Shown in pieces: positions 40,744-51,196 of a stretch of DNA of 64,000 nt. The first letter of the stretch is position 1. Each line of letters opens with the position of its first letter. The notes under the pieces were generated by a model. That model made no database searches and was not told where the DNA came from. It worked only from the letters and a program-made list of their open reading frames with translations. A program made the position numbers and the translations under genes. The stretch is from Thermoanaerobaculia bacterium (GTDB taxonomy: Bacteria; Acidobacteriota; Thermoanaerobaculia; UBA5066), in contig CAWFJJ010000001.1 of assembly GCA_963816185.1 (NCBI GenBank), positions 448,001-512,000 on the forward strand, given 5' to 3'.

Positions 40744-42384
40744 CTACTCGACCCTCACGCTCGCCGATCCGACGCCGATGCGGTTCGTGGCAAGGTCGCG
40801 GACCGTGGCCACGAAGCGCATATTGCCCTTGCGGGACTTGACCTCGCCCGTGTACACGAACGGCCGTTGCCCGGCCTTCGCGAGGTCCGCCGCGTCCAGC
40901 AGGATCGTCTGGCGGTCCGGGACCGCGTTCGAGCGCGCGCCGCTGTCCTCGACGGCCGCGAGCGCGACGTCTACGATCGCCTTCTTCTTCCCGCCCTCGT
41001 CGAGGAACGTGAGTGCCGAAAGAGGGACGGACACCTTGAACGGCGCGATGCGGCGCCCGATCCCGCCTCCCTTTTTCGGAGGGCCGATCGCGAGCGCGAC
41101 GGGGAACTCGCCGCTGGCGTCCGGAGTCACGAGCGCGAGCTCCATGCGATCGAGAGCGCTCGCGTCCGCGGTCTTCGCGCCGTAGGCACGCCGCGCGCGA
41201 AGCGTCACGCCCGGGCGCGAAGACGTGACCCGTACGGCGTGATCGGCCTTCTTCGGGTCGAGAGCCGTGAGCGTGACCCCGATCGAGTAGTAGGTCGCCG
41301 ACTCCTGATAGATGCGCTCGAGAGCGCCGCCGAACGTGTTTCGGTTCTCGACGAGGAGTCCGCCCGTCTCCTCGGCGACGTCCGCGAGCGCCTCGCGGCG
41401 ATTCACGTCGGCCGCAAAACCGGTCACCGGCGAGACCTGGGACTCCGAGGCGTCCACGTCGGTTGCGAGGCCGCGCGCGTCGAGCGCGTGCACGGTTATG
41501 CCGGACCGGTTCGCCTCGTCGACGACGGCCCGGAGATCCTCGGTGACCGAGTAGTCGAACTGGTTCAGCGGCGTCGAGGCGAGCGCGCCCGCGAACGTCT
41601 GCCCCGGGCGGACCTCGATCCCGCTCGAGACCCAGAACGCCACGCGCTTGCCGGAGCGCGCCGCGAGAGCCGCGAACGCGCGCCTGAGCTCGTCGAGCGT
41701 GCGTTTCTCGCGGCTTCTGATCTGGTCGCTGTGGCTGCGGATGATGGAGTCGCGGGACGAGAAGCGCGAGCGCCGCGCGAGAGTCACGTCCTGACGGTAT
41801 TGGGACTCCCAGTAGAGGCCTCGTGGGGCGACCTTCTCGAGGCGCGAGAGGCCGTCGAGGAGGGCCTCCTTCGAGTTCGTGAACGGCGTGATCACGTGCG
41901 ACGAGATGTTGTACGAGAGGATCGCCATGCTGTCCGACGGGGAGAGCCGGGTGACGAAATCGCGAAGCCCCTCGAGGACGCGCTTGCGGTCGGACGGCAG
42001 GAGATGCTCGTCGTCGAAGAACACGAGGAACTGGCGGGGGACGTAGCGGCCGGGACCCGCCGCCGTCGTCTCGAGGATGAAATCCGGCGATGCGGTCGCG
42101 AGATCCGGGCCGTGAAGCTGTCCCGCCTCGACCCGGGCGAAATAGTCGAGCGGAAGAGGCTTGCCGTCCACCGCCACGGAGATCTCGGCGCGCGTGAGGT
42201 CCGGCACGTTCCGGCCGTCTTTCCCCGTCGCGACCACGTCGAGGTCCATCACGGTGACGTCGACGGCCGCGCGCACGCCCGGCGTTCCGGCTGGCGCCGT
42301 GCGAGCCGGCGAGGCGAACGCAAGAAGAAAGAGGAAGAGGGGAACAAGGGCGAAAACCGGTCGCGGGCGAAGGCCGACGTGCAT
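40744..42384 (-). CDS. secreted acidobacterial-type VWA-domain protein
   Basis: VDVTVMDLDVVATGKDGRNVPDLTRAE, QFLVFFDD, GKRVAFWVSSG, ANRSGITVHALDARGL, AEETGG, YYSIG. Confidence 0.85.
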   Translation of the reverse strand: MHVGLRPRPVFALVPLFLFLLAFASPARTAPAGTPGVRAAVDVTVMDLDVVATGKDGRNVPDLTRAEISVAVDGKPLPLDYFARVEAGQLHGPDLATASPDFILETTAAGPGRYVPRQFLVFFDDEHLLPSDRKRVLEGLRDFVTRLSPSDSMAILSYNISSHVITPFTNSKEALLDGLSRLEKVAPRGLYWESQYRQDVTLARRSRFSSRDSIIRSHSDQIRSREKRTLDELRRAFAALAARSGKRVAFWVSSGIEVRPGQTFAGALASTPLNQFDYSVTEDLRAVVDEANRSGITVHALDARGLATDVDASESQVSPVTGFAADVNRREALADVAEETGGLLVENRNTFGGALERIYQESATYYSIGVTLTALDPKKADHAVRVTSSRPGVTLRARRAYGAKTADASALDRMELALVTPDASGEFPVALAIGPPKKGGGIGRRIAPFKVSVPLSALTFLDEGGKKKAIVDVALAAVEDSGARSNAVPDRQTILLDAADLAKAGQRPFVYTGEVKSRKGNMRFVATVRDLATNRIGVGSASVRVE

Positions 42385-42420
42385 GCGTGACCTCTGATAA
42401 CGGGTAAAGGGGAATGTGGG

Positions 42421-43857
42421 TCAGAGCTGGAGAATTTCGCGCAGCATGGCCGCGTCCCGGGTGATGACGTCGCTCCGTTCGGGACGCGCCGTCAGGGCGA
42501 CGACCTGCTCGGTGAGCCGCGGGTCGTCGCTCGTCCACTCCTGCCCGATCTGCTCGGAGGGAGCGGCCTGCTTGGCGAGAAAGATCAACCGTTCGGCGGC
42601 AGGGCTCCTGGTCGTGACCTGCCCGCTCGAGCCGAGGACATCCTCGACGGTCTGGGGGAGATTCAACTTCCGGGCCAGGACGCGGCCCGCGGCCGCCCGG
42701 AAGCGCGACAGGGCGCCCGCGCGGATCGGACCGGGAGGAAAAGCCACGGAGATCAACAGCTTGAGAAGCTCGTAGCTGCCGAGAGGCTCGAGCAGCCCCA
42801 GCGTGTACGCGTCCTCCCGCTCGAAGCCCTGGTCCTCGGCGAGGTGCGAGCCGGCCACCGCGGTGGACAGCGCCGAGCGTCTCACCACGCGCTCCATCTT
42901 CTCGTCCGACGGCACCTTGGGAGATCCGGCGTCCGCGAGGAGACCCGTGAATCGCCGGATCGCCGGAGCGCCCACGACGCGGACCGCTTCCCGGGCCGTG
43001 CCGATCAGCTCCTTCGGATCCGTGCGAAGGGAGTTCGCGAGGTAGAGAAGGTCGATCGTCAGGAAAGGGTCGAGGGCGGCGATCTGCACGATGCGCTCGG
43101 GCCCGGCGTTCTCGTCGAGGGCCGTCTTCAGCATCGTCGCGGTGTCGTCGTAGATCGGGAAAAGGCGCGCGGGCTCGCGCAGGCGTTTGTGGACGCGGTG
43201 CGCGAAGGCCGTGAAGCCCTGGAACGCCTCGCGCAGGGCCGCGGGCGCCGGCGCCTCGCCGGGCAGGCTTTCGAGAATCGTCCAGAACAGCGCGGCGAGC
43301 GCGTCAGGCTTGAACTCCTTCTCCCAGCGGGCGCCGGTCTCGTCGGCGCCGGCGGCCGCTCCCAGGTTCACGCGGGAGTCGTCCACCGACTTGGCGCCGT
43401 GGAACGCGAGCACCTGCCCGCGGAGAGACAAGTGGATCCTGATGAGGTCCTCGATCTTGAAGAGCGGATCGAATTCGAACGAGGCGCCCGCCCAGTGGAA
43501 GAGGTCGAGAAGGATCTTCATCGCGAGGCCTTCGACGGCCTCCACGAGCTTGTCGCGGCCGAGCAGGCTGCGTTCGAGGATGAGTCGCGTGAGGTTCTTG
43601 CCGGTCGCGAAGCTTTCGGCGAGAAGCTCGTAAACCGACGCCTCGGACAGGACCTTGCGGCGCGTCAGGTAGACGCCGAGGCGCTCGTTCGGCAGGGAGG
43701 AGGACACGAAGACGATCGCGCCGCCCTTGAGGTCGATCGTGCGCAGGACCTCCCCGCGCCAGACCGTCACGCGGCCGGAGAGGGCGTTGATCTCCAGCCA
43801 CTGAAGAAGATCAGCGAGCGAAAAGGTGTCGAGGTTCCCGCTGAGCGTGCGTGCCAC
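42421..43857 (-). CDS. DUF4388 (PatA-N-like) + HDOD-like signalling protein
   Basis: LSGNLDTFSLADLLQWL, LFHWAGASFEF; DPFLTIDLLYLANS, AYTLGLLEPLG. Confidence 0.8.
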   Translation of the reverse strand: MARTLSGNLDTFSLADLLQWLEINALSGRVTVWRGEVLRTIDLKGGAIVFVSSSLPNERLGVYLTRRKVLSEASVYELLAESFATGKNLTRLILERSLLGRDKLVEAVEGLAMKILLDLFHWAGASFEFDPLFKIEDLIRIHLSLRGQVLAFHGAKSVDDSRVNLGAAAGADETGARWEKEFKPDALAALFWTILESLPGEAPAPAALREAFQGFTAFAHRVHKRLREPARLFPIYDDTATMLKTALDENAGPERIVQIAALDPFLTIDLLYLANSLRTDPKELIGTAREAVRVVGAPAIRRFTGLLADAGSPKVPSDEKMERVVRRSALSTAVAGSHLAEDQGFEREDAYTLGLLEPLGSYELLKLLISVAFPPGPIRAGALSRFRAAAGRVLARKLNLPQTVEDVLGSSGQVTTRSPAAERLIFLAKQAAPSEQIGQEWTSDDPRLTEQVVALTARPERSDVITRDAAMLREILQL

Positions 43858-43942
43858 TGCTCACGCGAGTTTGACACGAAGCCGCCCGGCTAGGAGCCTT
43901 TCTGGGCAACCCTCGCCGACCTACAGACGTTTCTCGACCGGT

Positions 43943-43980
43943 GAAGGGGGCACGGGGGAAACACGACCGTGTTTCCCCCG
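43943..43980 (+). repeat. REP-like hairpin repeat, copy 2
   Basis: GAAGGGGGCA-CGGGGGAAACAC-GACC-GTGTTTCCCCCG, a perfect 12-13 bp stem. Confidence 0.6.
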
Positions 43981-44046
43981 ACGCTCGCGGCTGCTGGCGC
44001 GCCTTCCCTCCCGTGCGTGCGAAGCACGCGGCGCGCCAGGCGGATC

Positions 44047-45054
44047 TCAGCTTCCCGAGCGCAGAAGGCGCGTGGCCTTCTGGAGCGCGAGGAGTTCGCG
44101 TGCGCCTTTCTGAAGGACCCCGGTCCCGTAGCCCTGCTTCGTGTAGAAGCGATACTCGAGATCGCGGAACGGCACCCCTTTCGGAATGTTGTCCGAGCGG
44201 TAATACCAGGTCTCGACCTCGCCTTCTTCGCCCGCGGAACGCAGGTTCGTCGGATTGAACCTCGTCATGATGTCGTCTGATCTCGAGAGGGCCCTCTTTC
44301 CGACGTACGACGGAGGCCCGAGGATGACCAGCACCCAGCCGCGATCGGAAAGGGAGCCGCGCACCGCCTCCGTCGAGAAATTCCGGTCCGCATACTGGAC
44401 GCGCCGGTAGAACTCGACCTCGTACTCGTTGTCGGGAGTCGCGGGGTCGGGATCGAGATGCTTCCAGAAGCGGAAGACCCATTCACGGCGCGCCGCGTCG
44501 TCCGGGAGCCCCGAGAACTCCCTCTTCTCCTCCTCCGTGAGGAGGTGCCGCACGGGCGTATTCGGCCAGTCGGTCGAACCCGAGTAAGACGGCACCGTCG
44601 TCTCGTCGGCGGGCATCGTCGTGAGGGCCGGAAGAGAGGACGTGGGAGGCGGCGTCGGAGGTGCGACGCGGGCAGCGGCGGCCCGCTGCGCGTCGAAGAA
44701 GGTGCAATAGCTCTTCGGGTAGAAGCCGGGGTCGATTCTGGCGGCAGGCTGGAACTCGAAGTAGCGGGCGAGCTCCCGGCGCGCCCGTTCCTCGTCCTTG
44801 AGCTCCCAGGCGACCGCCGCCGAATAAAAGTGATAGGCGGGGAGGATCCTCGGAAGGGCCGGCTCGCGCTCGGGGGCGACGGCGAGCTCGAGGAGATGGC
44901 GCAGCGCGAGATCCGCGTCCGCCCAGCGTTTCGCGTGGTAGGCGGCTTTCACCTCGACGAGCGTTTCCAAGACGGGATCTTCCGCTGCCAGGAGGGGCGC
45001 CGCGAGGACGGCCGAGAGCAGAAACGTGGGCGCGAGGCGAAGGCGCACTTTCAA
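44047..45054 (-). CDS. secreted GWxTD-domain protein 3 (N-terminal TPR-like helices)
   Basis: [62 protein letters not shown]. Start approximate. Confidence 0.85.
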   Translation of the reverse strand: MKVRLRLAPTFLLSAVLAAPLLAAEDPVLETLVEVKAAYHAKRWADADLALRHLLELAVAPEREPALPRILPAYHFYSAAVAWELKDEERARRELARYFEFQPAARIDPGFYPKSYCTFFDAQRAAAARVAPPTPPPTSSLPALTTMPADETTVPSYSGSTDWPNTPVRHLLTEEEKREFSGLPDDAARREWVFRFWKHLDPDPATPDNEYEVEFYRRVQYADRNFSTEAVRGSLSDRGWVLVILGPPSYVGKRALSRSDDIMTRFNPTNLRSAGEEGEVETWYYRSDNIPKGVPFRDLEYRFYTKQGYGTGVLQKGARELLALQKATRLLRSGS

Positions 45055-45085
45055 ACCTCGTAGCGCGGAGACTAGCATCCTGGCC

Positions 45086-46666
<1,581 letters not shown>

Positions 46667-46993
46667 TGCCCGCCCATCGTGATGCCCGCCCCGTCGGAGG
46701 TGCGTCAAAGCGGCATTCCATGCGGGTTTGGGAGGTCGAGAAACGCTGCGACCCGCACGGAATGCCGACTCGCACCTGTGTAATTCGCCGGAAGGTGCTC
46801 GGAATGCGGGTTTGCGCCGTTCTAACACGGCGCATAAGTCGCAAGTCATTGTAAATATGTGACTTGTCGCCTGCACCCAAACATGTGCAAAGTTTTTGGG
46901 GAGGCCATCTAGAGCGCCTTCTCTGTTATTTGCACACGCGAATGCACAGGACAATTCACAGAACCTCTGTGGATCTTCTGAAATCCCTCGTGT

Positions 46994-47608
46994 TCAAGGG
47001 TTTGGCAGTGACCCTTCGTCCCCTTCCGGAAAGGCGAGCGAGCCCTCGACCGACGCGACGCCCGGCTCGAAGCAACGGCGGCAGCGCGCTTCATAGAGAC
47101 CCGCAGCACCGACGATGACGCGCTCGCGCGAGGCGACGAGGCGCTGCGTCCGACTCGCGGGCGCGCCGCAACGCACGCAGATGGCGCGCGTTTTCGTGAT
47201 CTCCTCGGCCGCCGCCATGAGCGCCGGCATCGGCTCGAACGGCCGGCCGAGAAAGTCCTGATCGAGGCCGGCGGCGATCACGCGTTTGCCGAGGTCGGCC
47301 AATCGGCTCGCGACGTCGACGATCCCGGCGTCGAAGAACTGCACCTCGTCGAGGCCCACGACCTCCGTGCGCGCGTCGGTGCGTTCGAGCACCTCGGCCG
47401 AGGACTTGACGGCGAGCGCGAGCAGCCGCAGGCCGCCGTGGGAGACCACCTCGACTTCCGAGAAGCGGTCGTCGATCTTCGGCTTGAAGACCTGCACGCG
47501 CCGCCGCGCGATCTGAGCGCGCGTGAGACGGCGGATCAGCTCTTCGGACTTACCGGAGAACATGGAGCCGCAGATCACTTCGAGAGAACCGGTGCCGGGA
47601 GGGGTCAT
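46994..47608 (-). CDS. tdk: thymidine kinase
   Basis: [33 protein letters not shown]...YEARCRRC. Confidence 0.96.
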   Translation of the reverse strand: MTPPGTGSLEVICGSMFSGKSEELIRRLTRAQIARRRVQVFKPKIDDRFSEVEVVSHGGLRLLALAVKSSAEVLERTDARTEVVGLDEVQFFDAGIVDVASRLADLGKRVIAAGLDQDFLGRPFEPMPALMAAAEEITKTRAICVRCGAPASRTQRLVASRERVIVGAAGLYEARCRRCFEPGVASVEGSLAFPEGDEGSLPNP

Positions 47609-48432
47609 TTTCTCGTCCTGCTTGGAGACGAAGAGAAGAAGAAAGACGAAGGTTTCTTAGAAGGCGCGCGAAGGGCCTTCGCATGCCGACCTCGACTCGC
47701 CGCGTCCGCGGCGGTTGCCTTCTTCACCCTCAAAGAAATCTTTCTTTTTCTCTCTCTCTCATTCTTCTTTTCTCTCTCTGCCTTGGCCACGCCGACCTTC
47801 GGACAGACGTCCGCGAGCGTGCACCGCTCGCACTGCGGGCGGCGGGCCGTGCAGATGCGCCGGCCGTGCTGGATGAGCGCATGGCTGATCCAGGTCCAGC
47901 GGGCCTTCGGGATGATCCGGTTGAGGTCGCGTTCGGCTTTCCCTGCGTCCGTCTCGCGTGTCCAGCCGAGGCGCCGCGCGACGCGCCCGACGTGCGTGTC
48001 CACGACGACGCCGTCCGGAGCTCCCCAGACATTTCCGAGGACGACGTTCGCCGTCTTGCGCCCCACGCCCGGCAGGGCGAGAAGGGCCTCCATCGTGCGC
48101 GGGACCTCGCCGCCGTGCTCCGACACGAGGGCGTTCGCCATGCCGCGCAGGGATTTCGCTTTCGCGTTGAAAAAACCCGTCGACCGGATGACCTCTTCGA
48201 GCGCTCCGGGAGGCGAGGCGGCGAGGGCCGACACATCCGGGAAGCGCCGGAAGAGCTCCGGCGTGACCATGTTGACGCGCACGTCGGTGCATTGTGCCGA
48301 GAGAATGGTCGCGACGAGAAGCTCGAGCGGGCTCCGAAAATCGAGCGAGCACGCGGCGTCCCCGTACAGGTGCTCGAGTCGCTTCAGCGTCGGGCCGACC
48401 GGGGCCGCGTTCCGGACTTTTCGATCCGCCAT
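47605..48432 (-). CDS. nth: endonuclease III with basic low-complexity C-tail
   Basis: [35 protein letters not shown], 4Fe-4S motif [18 protein letters not shown]. Confidence 0.95.
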   Translation of the reverse strand: MADRKVRNAAPVGPTLKRLEHLYGDAACSLDFRSPLELLVATILSAQCTDVRVNMVTPELFRRFPDVSALAASPPGALEEVIRSTGFFNAKAKSLRGMANALVSEHGGEVPRTMEALLALPGVGRKTANVVLGNVWGAPDGVVVDTHVGRVARRLGWTRETDAGKAERDLNRIIPKARWTWISHALIQHGRRICTARRPQCERCTLADVCPKVGVAKAEREKKNERERKRKISLRVKKATAADAASRGRHAKALRAPSKKPSSFFFSSSPSRTRK

Positions 48433-48519
48433 TTCAGGGACGGAGCATAACCGCGGCGAGCCGCAAACGAATCCGGAACTCTTGCTTCGAAAGGACCACG
48501 GTGCTAAGACTCGCGCGAC

Positions 48520-50235
48520 GTGAAATTCGGTCGGTCCGTCGCGCGGGCCCTCGCAGCTCTGCTGGCGTGCGCCTCGCTCTCGTCGCCCTCGCTCGCTCGC
48601 GCCGCGGACGGTCGCGTCGTCGTGACGATCCTCGAGACGACGGATCTTCATGGCCACCTACTCCCGTGGGACTACGGGCGTGCGCGGCCCGCCGACGAAG
48701 GCCTCGCCCGTGTGGCCTCGCGGATCGCGGCCATCCGCAGGGAGACCCCGAACGTGCTCCTTCTGGACGACGGAGACACGATACAGGGCACGCCGATCGA
48801 GTATCTCCACGCGCGCCGGCCGAACGACGATCCCGATCCGATGTCCGCGGCGATGAGCGCGGTCCAGTACGACGCGATGGCCGTCGGCAATCACGAGTTC
48901 AACTTCGGGCTCGAGGTGCTCCGCAAGGCGCAGAAGGAGGCCTCCTTCCCGTGGCTCTCGGCGAACACGCGGAATGTCTCCGACGGATCGGCGGCGTTTC
49001 CGGAATACATCGTGAAGACCGTGGGCGGAGTCCGCATCGGCGTCCTCGGGTTGACGACGCCGAACATCCCGACCTGGGAGCCGGAGCGGAACCGCCCGGG
49101 TCTGAGATGGGAGGATCCCGTCGTCACGGCACGGCGGCTCGTTCCGGTTCTGCGAGGGAAAGAGAAGTGCGACTTCGTGGTCGTCCTCATTCACAGCGGG
49201 CCGGAGATCGACCTGAAGACGGGCGCGCCTGACGGCACGGAGGCGGAGAACCGGGTCGCGGCCCTCGCGCGGGACGTGTCGGGCGTCGACCTCCTCCTGA
49301 CCGGCCACACTCACCGGAAGATCCCGCTTACGCGGATCAACGGCGTTCCGCTCATTCAGCCGGGCAGGTGGGGCGAGGTTCTTGCGCGCGTGGACGTGGC
49401 CTTCGAGAAGAACAGCGGCACCTGGCATGTCGCCGGCCTCGAGGGTGCTCTACTGCCTTCCGGGCCTGATGTCGCGACGGACGCAGCCGTCGCGAAGATC
49501 GCCGCGAGGCACGACGAGCGTGCCCGGGCCTACATGGAAGAGCCCGTCGCCGTCGCCGACGACGATTTTCCGGCCGGCCGGGCGCGGCTCGAGGACACTG
49601 CGCTCGTCGACCTCGTGAACGACACGCAGCTCAAGGTCACCGGAGCGGACCTCTCGATGACGTCGCTCATTCCCTCTGGCCGCTACGAAGGCTTCCCGCG
49701 CGGCCGGATCTCCCTGCGGGACGTCTATCGGCTTTACCCGTACGAGAACCAGCTCGTCGTCGTGGAGATCGACGGCGCGGTCCTGAAGAAGATCCTCGAA
49801 CACGCCGCGGAGTTCTACGGAAGCGCGACGTGGCAGGGCGGGCGGCTCGTCCTGAAGCCGAAGGACGGCATGATTCCCTACAACTTCGACGTCGTCGAGG
49901 GCGCGAGCTACCGGATCGACCCGACGGCTCCGGTGGGGTCCCGCATCAAGGACCTGATGTTTCGGGGGCGTCCCGTGAAGAGCGGCGACCGTTTCACGCT
50001 CGCGGTGAACTCGTACCGCGCGCAAGGCTCGGGCGGGTACGCAGCCCTGAGAGGCGTGAAGATCGTCAAGGTCGTGCAGGACGAGATCCGCGAGCTCGTG
50101 ATCGCCCGGCTGCGGGAGCTCGGGCACGTTTCGCCCGTCACCGACCACAACTGGGTCGTCGCGCCTGACGCCGTGTGGGCGCCGGAAGAAAGGGCTCCTA
50201 GTTCGGAGGGAAGTCGAAGTCCCGGATCACGTTGA
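48520..50235 (+). CDS. secreted bifunctional 5'-nucleotidase / 2',3'-cyclic phosphodiesterase (CpdB/UshA family)
   Basis: TTDLHGH, DDGDTIQG, GNHEFNFG, HSG, GHTH, YPYEN, NSYRAQG. Confidence 0.92.
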   Translation: MKFGRSVARALAALLACASLSSPSLARAADGRVVVTILETTDLHGHLLPWDYGRARPADEGLARVASRIAAIRRETPNVLLLDDGDTIQGTPIEYLHARRPNDDPDPMSAAMSAVQYDAMAVGNHEFNFGLEVLRKAQKEASFPWLSANTRNVSDGSAAFPEYIVKTVGGVRIGVLGLTTPNIPTWEPERNRPGLRWEDPVVTARRLVPVLRGKEKCDFVVVLIHSGPEIDLKTGAPDGTEAENRVAALARDVSGVDLLLTGHTHRKIPLTRINGVPLIQPGRWGEVLARVDVAFEKNSGTWHVAGLEGALLPSGPDVATDAAVAKIAARHDERARAYMEEPVAVADDDFPAGRARLEDTALVDLVNDTQLKVTGADLSMTSLIPSGRYEGFPRGRISLRDVYRLYPYENQLVVVEIDGAVLKKILEHAAEFYGSATWQGGRLVLKPKDGMIPYNFDVVEGASYRIDPTAPVGSRIKDLMFRGRPVKSGDRFTLAVNSYRAQGSGGYAALRGVKIVKVVQDEIRELVIARLRELGHVSPVTDHNWVVAPDAVWAPEERAPSSEGSRSPGSR

Positions 50236-51100
50236 AGCCGAAGTGGACGTTCTTGTCCGTGACACCCCCCACGACGATCCTGTTCCCGTTCTTGTCCAGG
50301 GCGGGTACAGCGCCGTAATCGCCCCCCATCATCTGATCGACGGTGGACGCGACCGTGTTGCCGATGTAGAGCCCGAACCTGTGATGGAAAACGGACTTCT
50401 CGAGCATGACCGACCATTGGTAAACGGGCGCCACGTCGACGTACGTGCCCGTTGCGGGGTCGAACCCCTTCAGGTCGGCCTTTGACTTCGGGATGAACTC
50501 TCCCATGAGGGCGATGGACTTGGTGATCTTGATCTGGGCGATCACGGGCACGTTCCAGACGTCCGTCTGGACCGGCGTGCGCTGGACGTACGAGGGCGCA
50601 GCGGCGATCGTGACCCGGTCGAAGAGCGTGCCCGAGACGAGGACCTGCCCGAAGCCGCCGGACTGCTTCTTCAGGCCGAGGCTCGGGAGGTAGGAAGCCG
50701 TGAGCCAGTTCAGGCCGCCACGGGCGCCGATGCCGATCGGAAAGTCCTTCGTCGGCCTCAACAGCGTGACCTTCGCCGCAAACTCGTAATCGGCATTAGA
50801 GCGGGCACGGTAGATCTGCACCGCGAGGTTCTTGAGCGGCACATATTCCACGCCGAGGCCGATCTGGGCCGAGCCGTCGAGTCCCCAGAGGGAGCTTCCG
50901 CCTGCGTCGATGACCGCGGCGTCGAAGCGGTGCGTGATGACGGCCTCGAAAACCCCCGGGTCGTTCGTGAGGGGAGTGTTGGTATTGATGAAGCGGTTTC
51001 CGACGTCCGTGGCGACGCCCTTGATCCCTTCCTGGGCGGCGATCGGGGTACGCCACTCGAAAAGAACCGCCGCCACGCACGCGGCGACCCGGAGGTTCAT
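50198..51100 (-). CDS. outer-membrane beta-barrel protein (DUF5777-like)
   Basis: Signal peptide; ITHRF, WGLDG, HHRFGLYIGN, FGFNVIRDF. Confidence 0.7.
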   Translation of the reverse strand: MNLRVAACVAAVLFEWRTPIAAQEGIKGVATDVGNRFINTNTPLTNDPGVFEAVITHRFDAAVIDAGGSSLWGLDGSAQIGLGVEYVPLKNLAVQIYRARSNADYEFAAKVTLLRPTKDFPIGIGARGGLNWLTASYLPSLGLKKQSGGFGQVLVSGTLFDRVTIAAAPSYVQRTPVQTDVWNVPVIAQIKITKSIALMGEFIPKSKADLKGFDPATGTYVDVAPVYQWSVMLEKSVFHHRFGLYIGNTVASTVDQMMGGDYGAVPALDKNGNRIVVGGVTDKNVHFGFNVIRDFDFPPN

Positions 51101-51196
51101 CCGCGGCCTCCCCTTACGGCTCGGCCGCGGCACGTACCTGCGATTCTCGCCTTCGGCTCGGCTCTTCGGTTCGCCTTCATCGATGCTCCTTATCCT

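Noticed and set aside
21689-45054. Mobile element or prophage origin of the envelope locus
   Set aside because: No integrase, transposase, tRNA or att repeats seen. Enzyme copies 2-4 look slightly less codon-biased by eye, which is not sufficient evidence.
46827-46856. dif/cer-like ACGGCGCATAA-N8-TCATTGTAAAT
   Set aside because: Chromosomal dif needs a 6-bp spacer and the XerD arm has three mismatches; the local inverted repeats explain it equally well.
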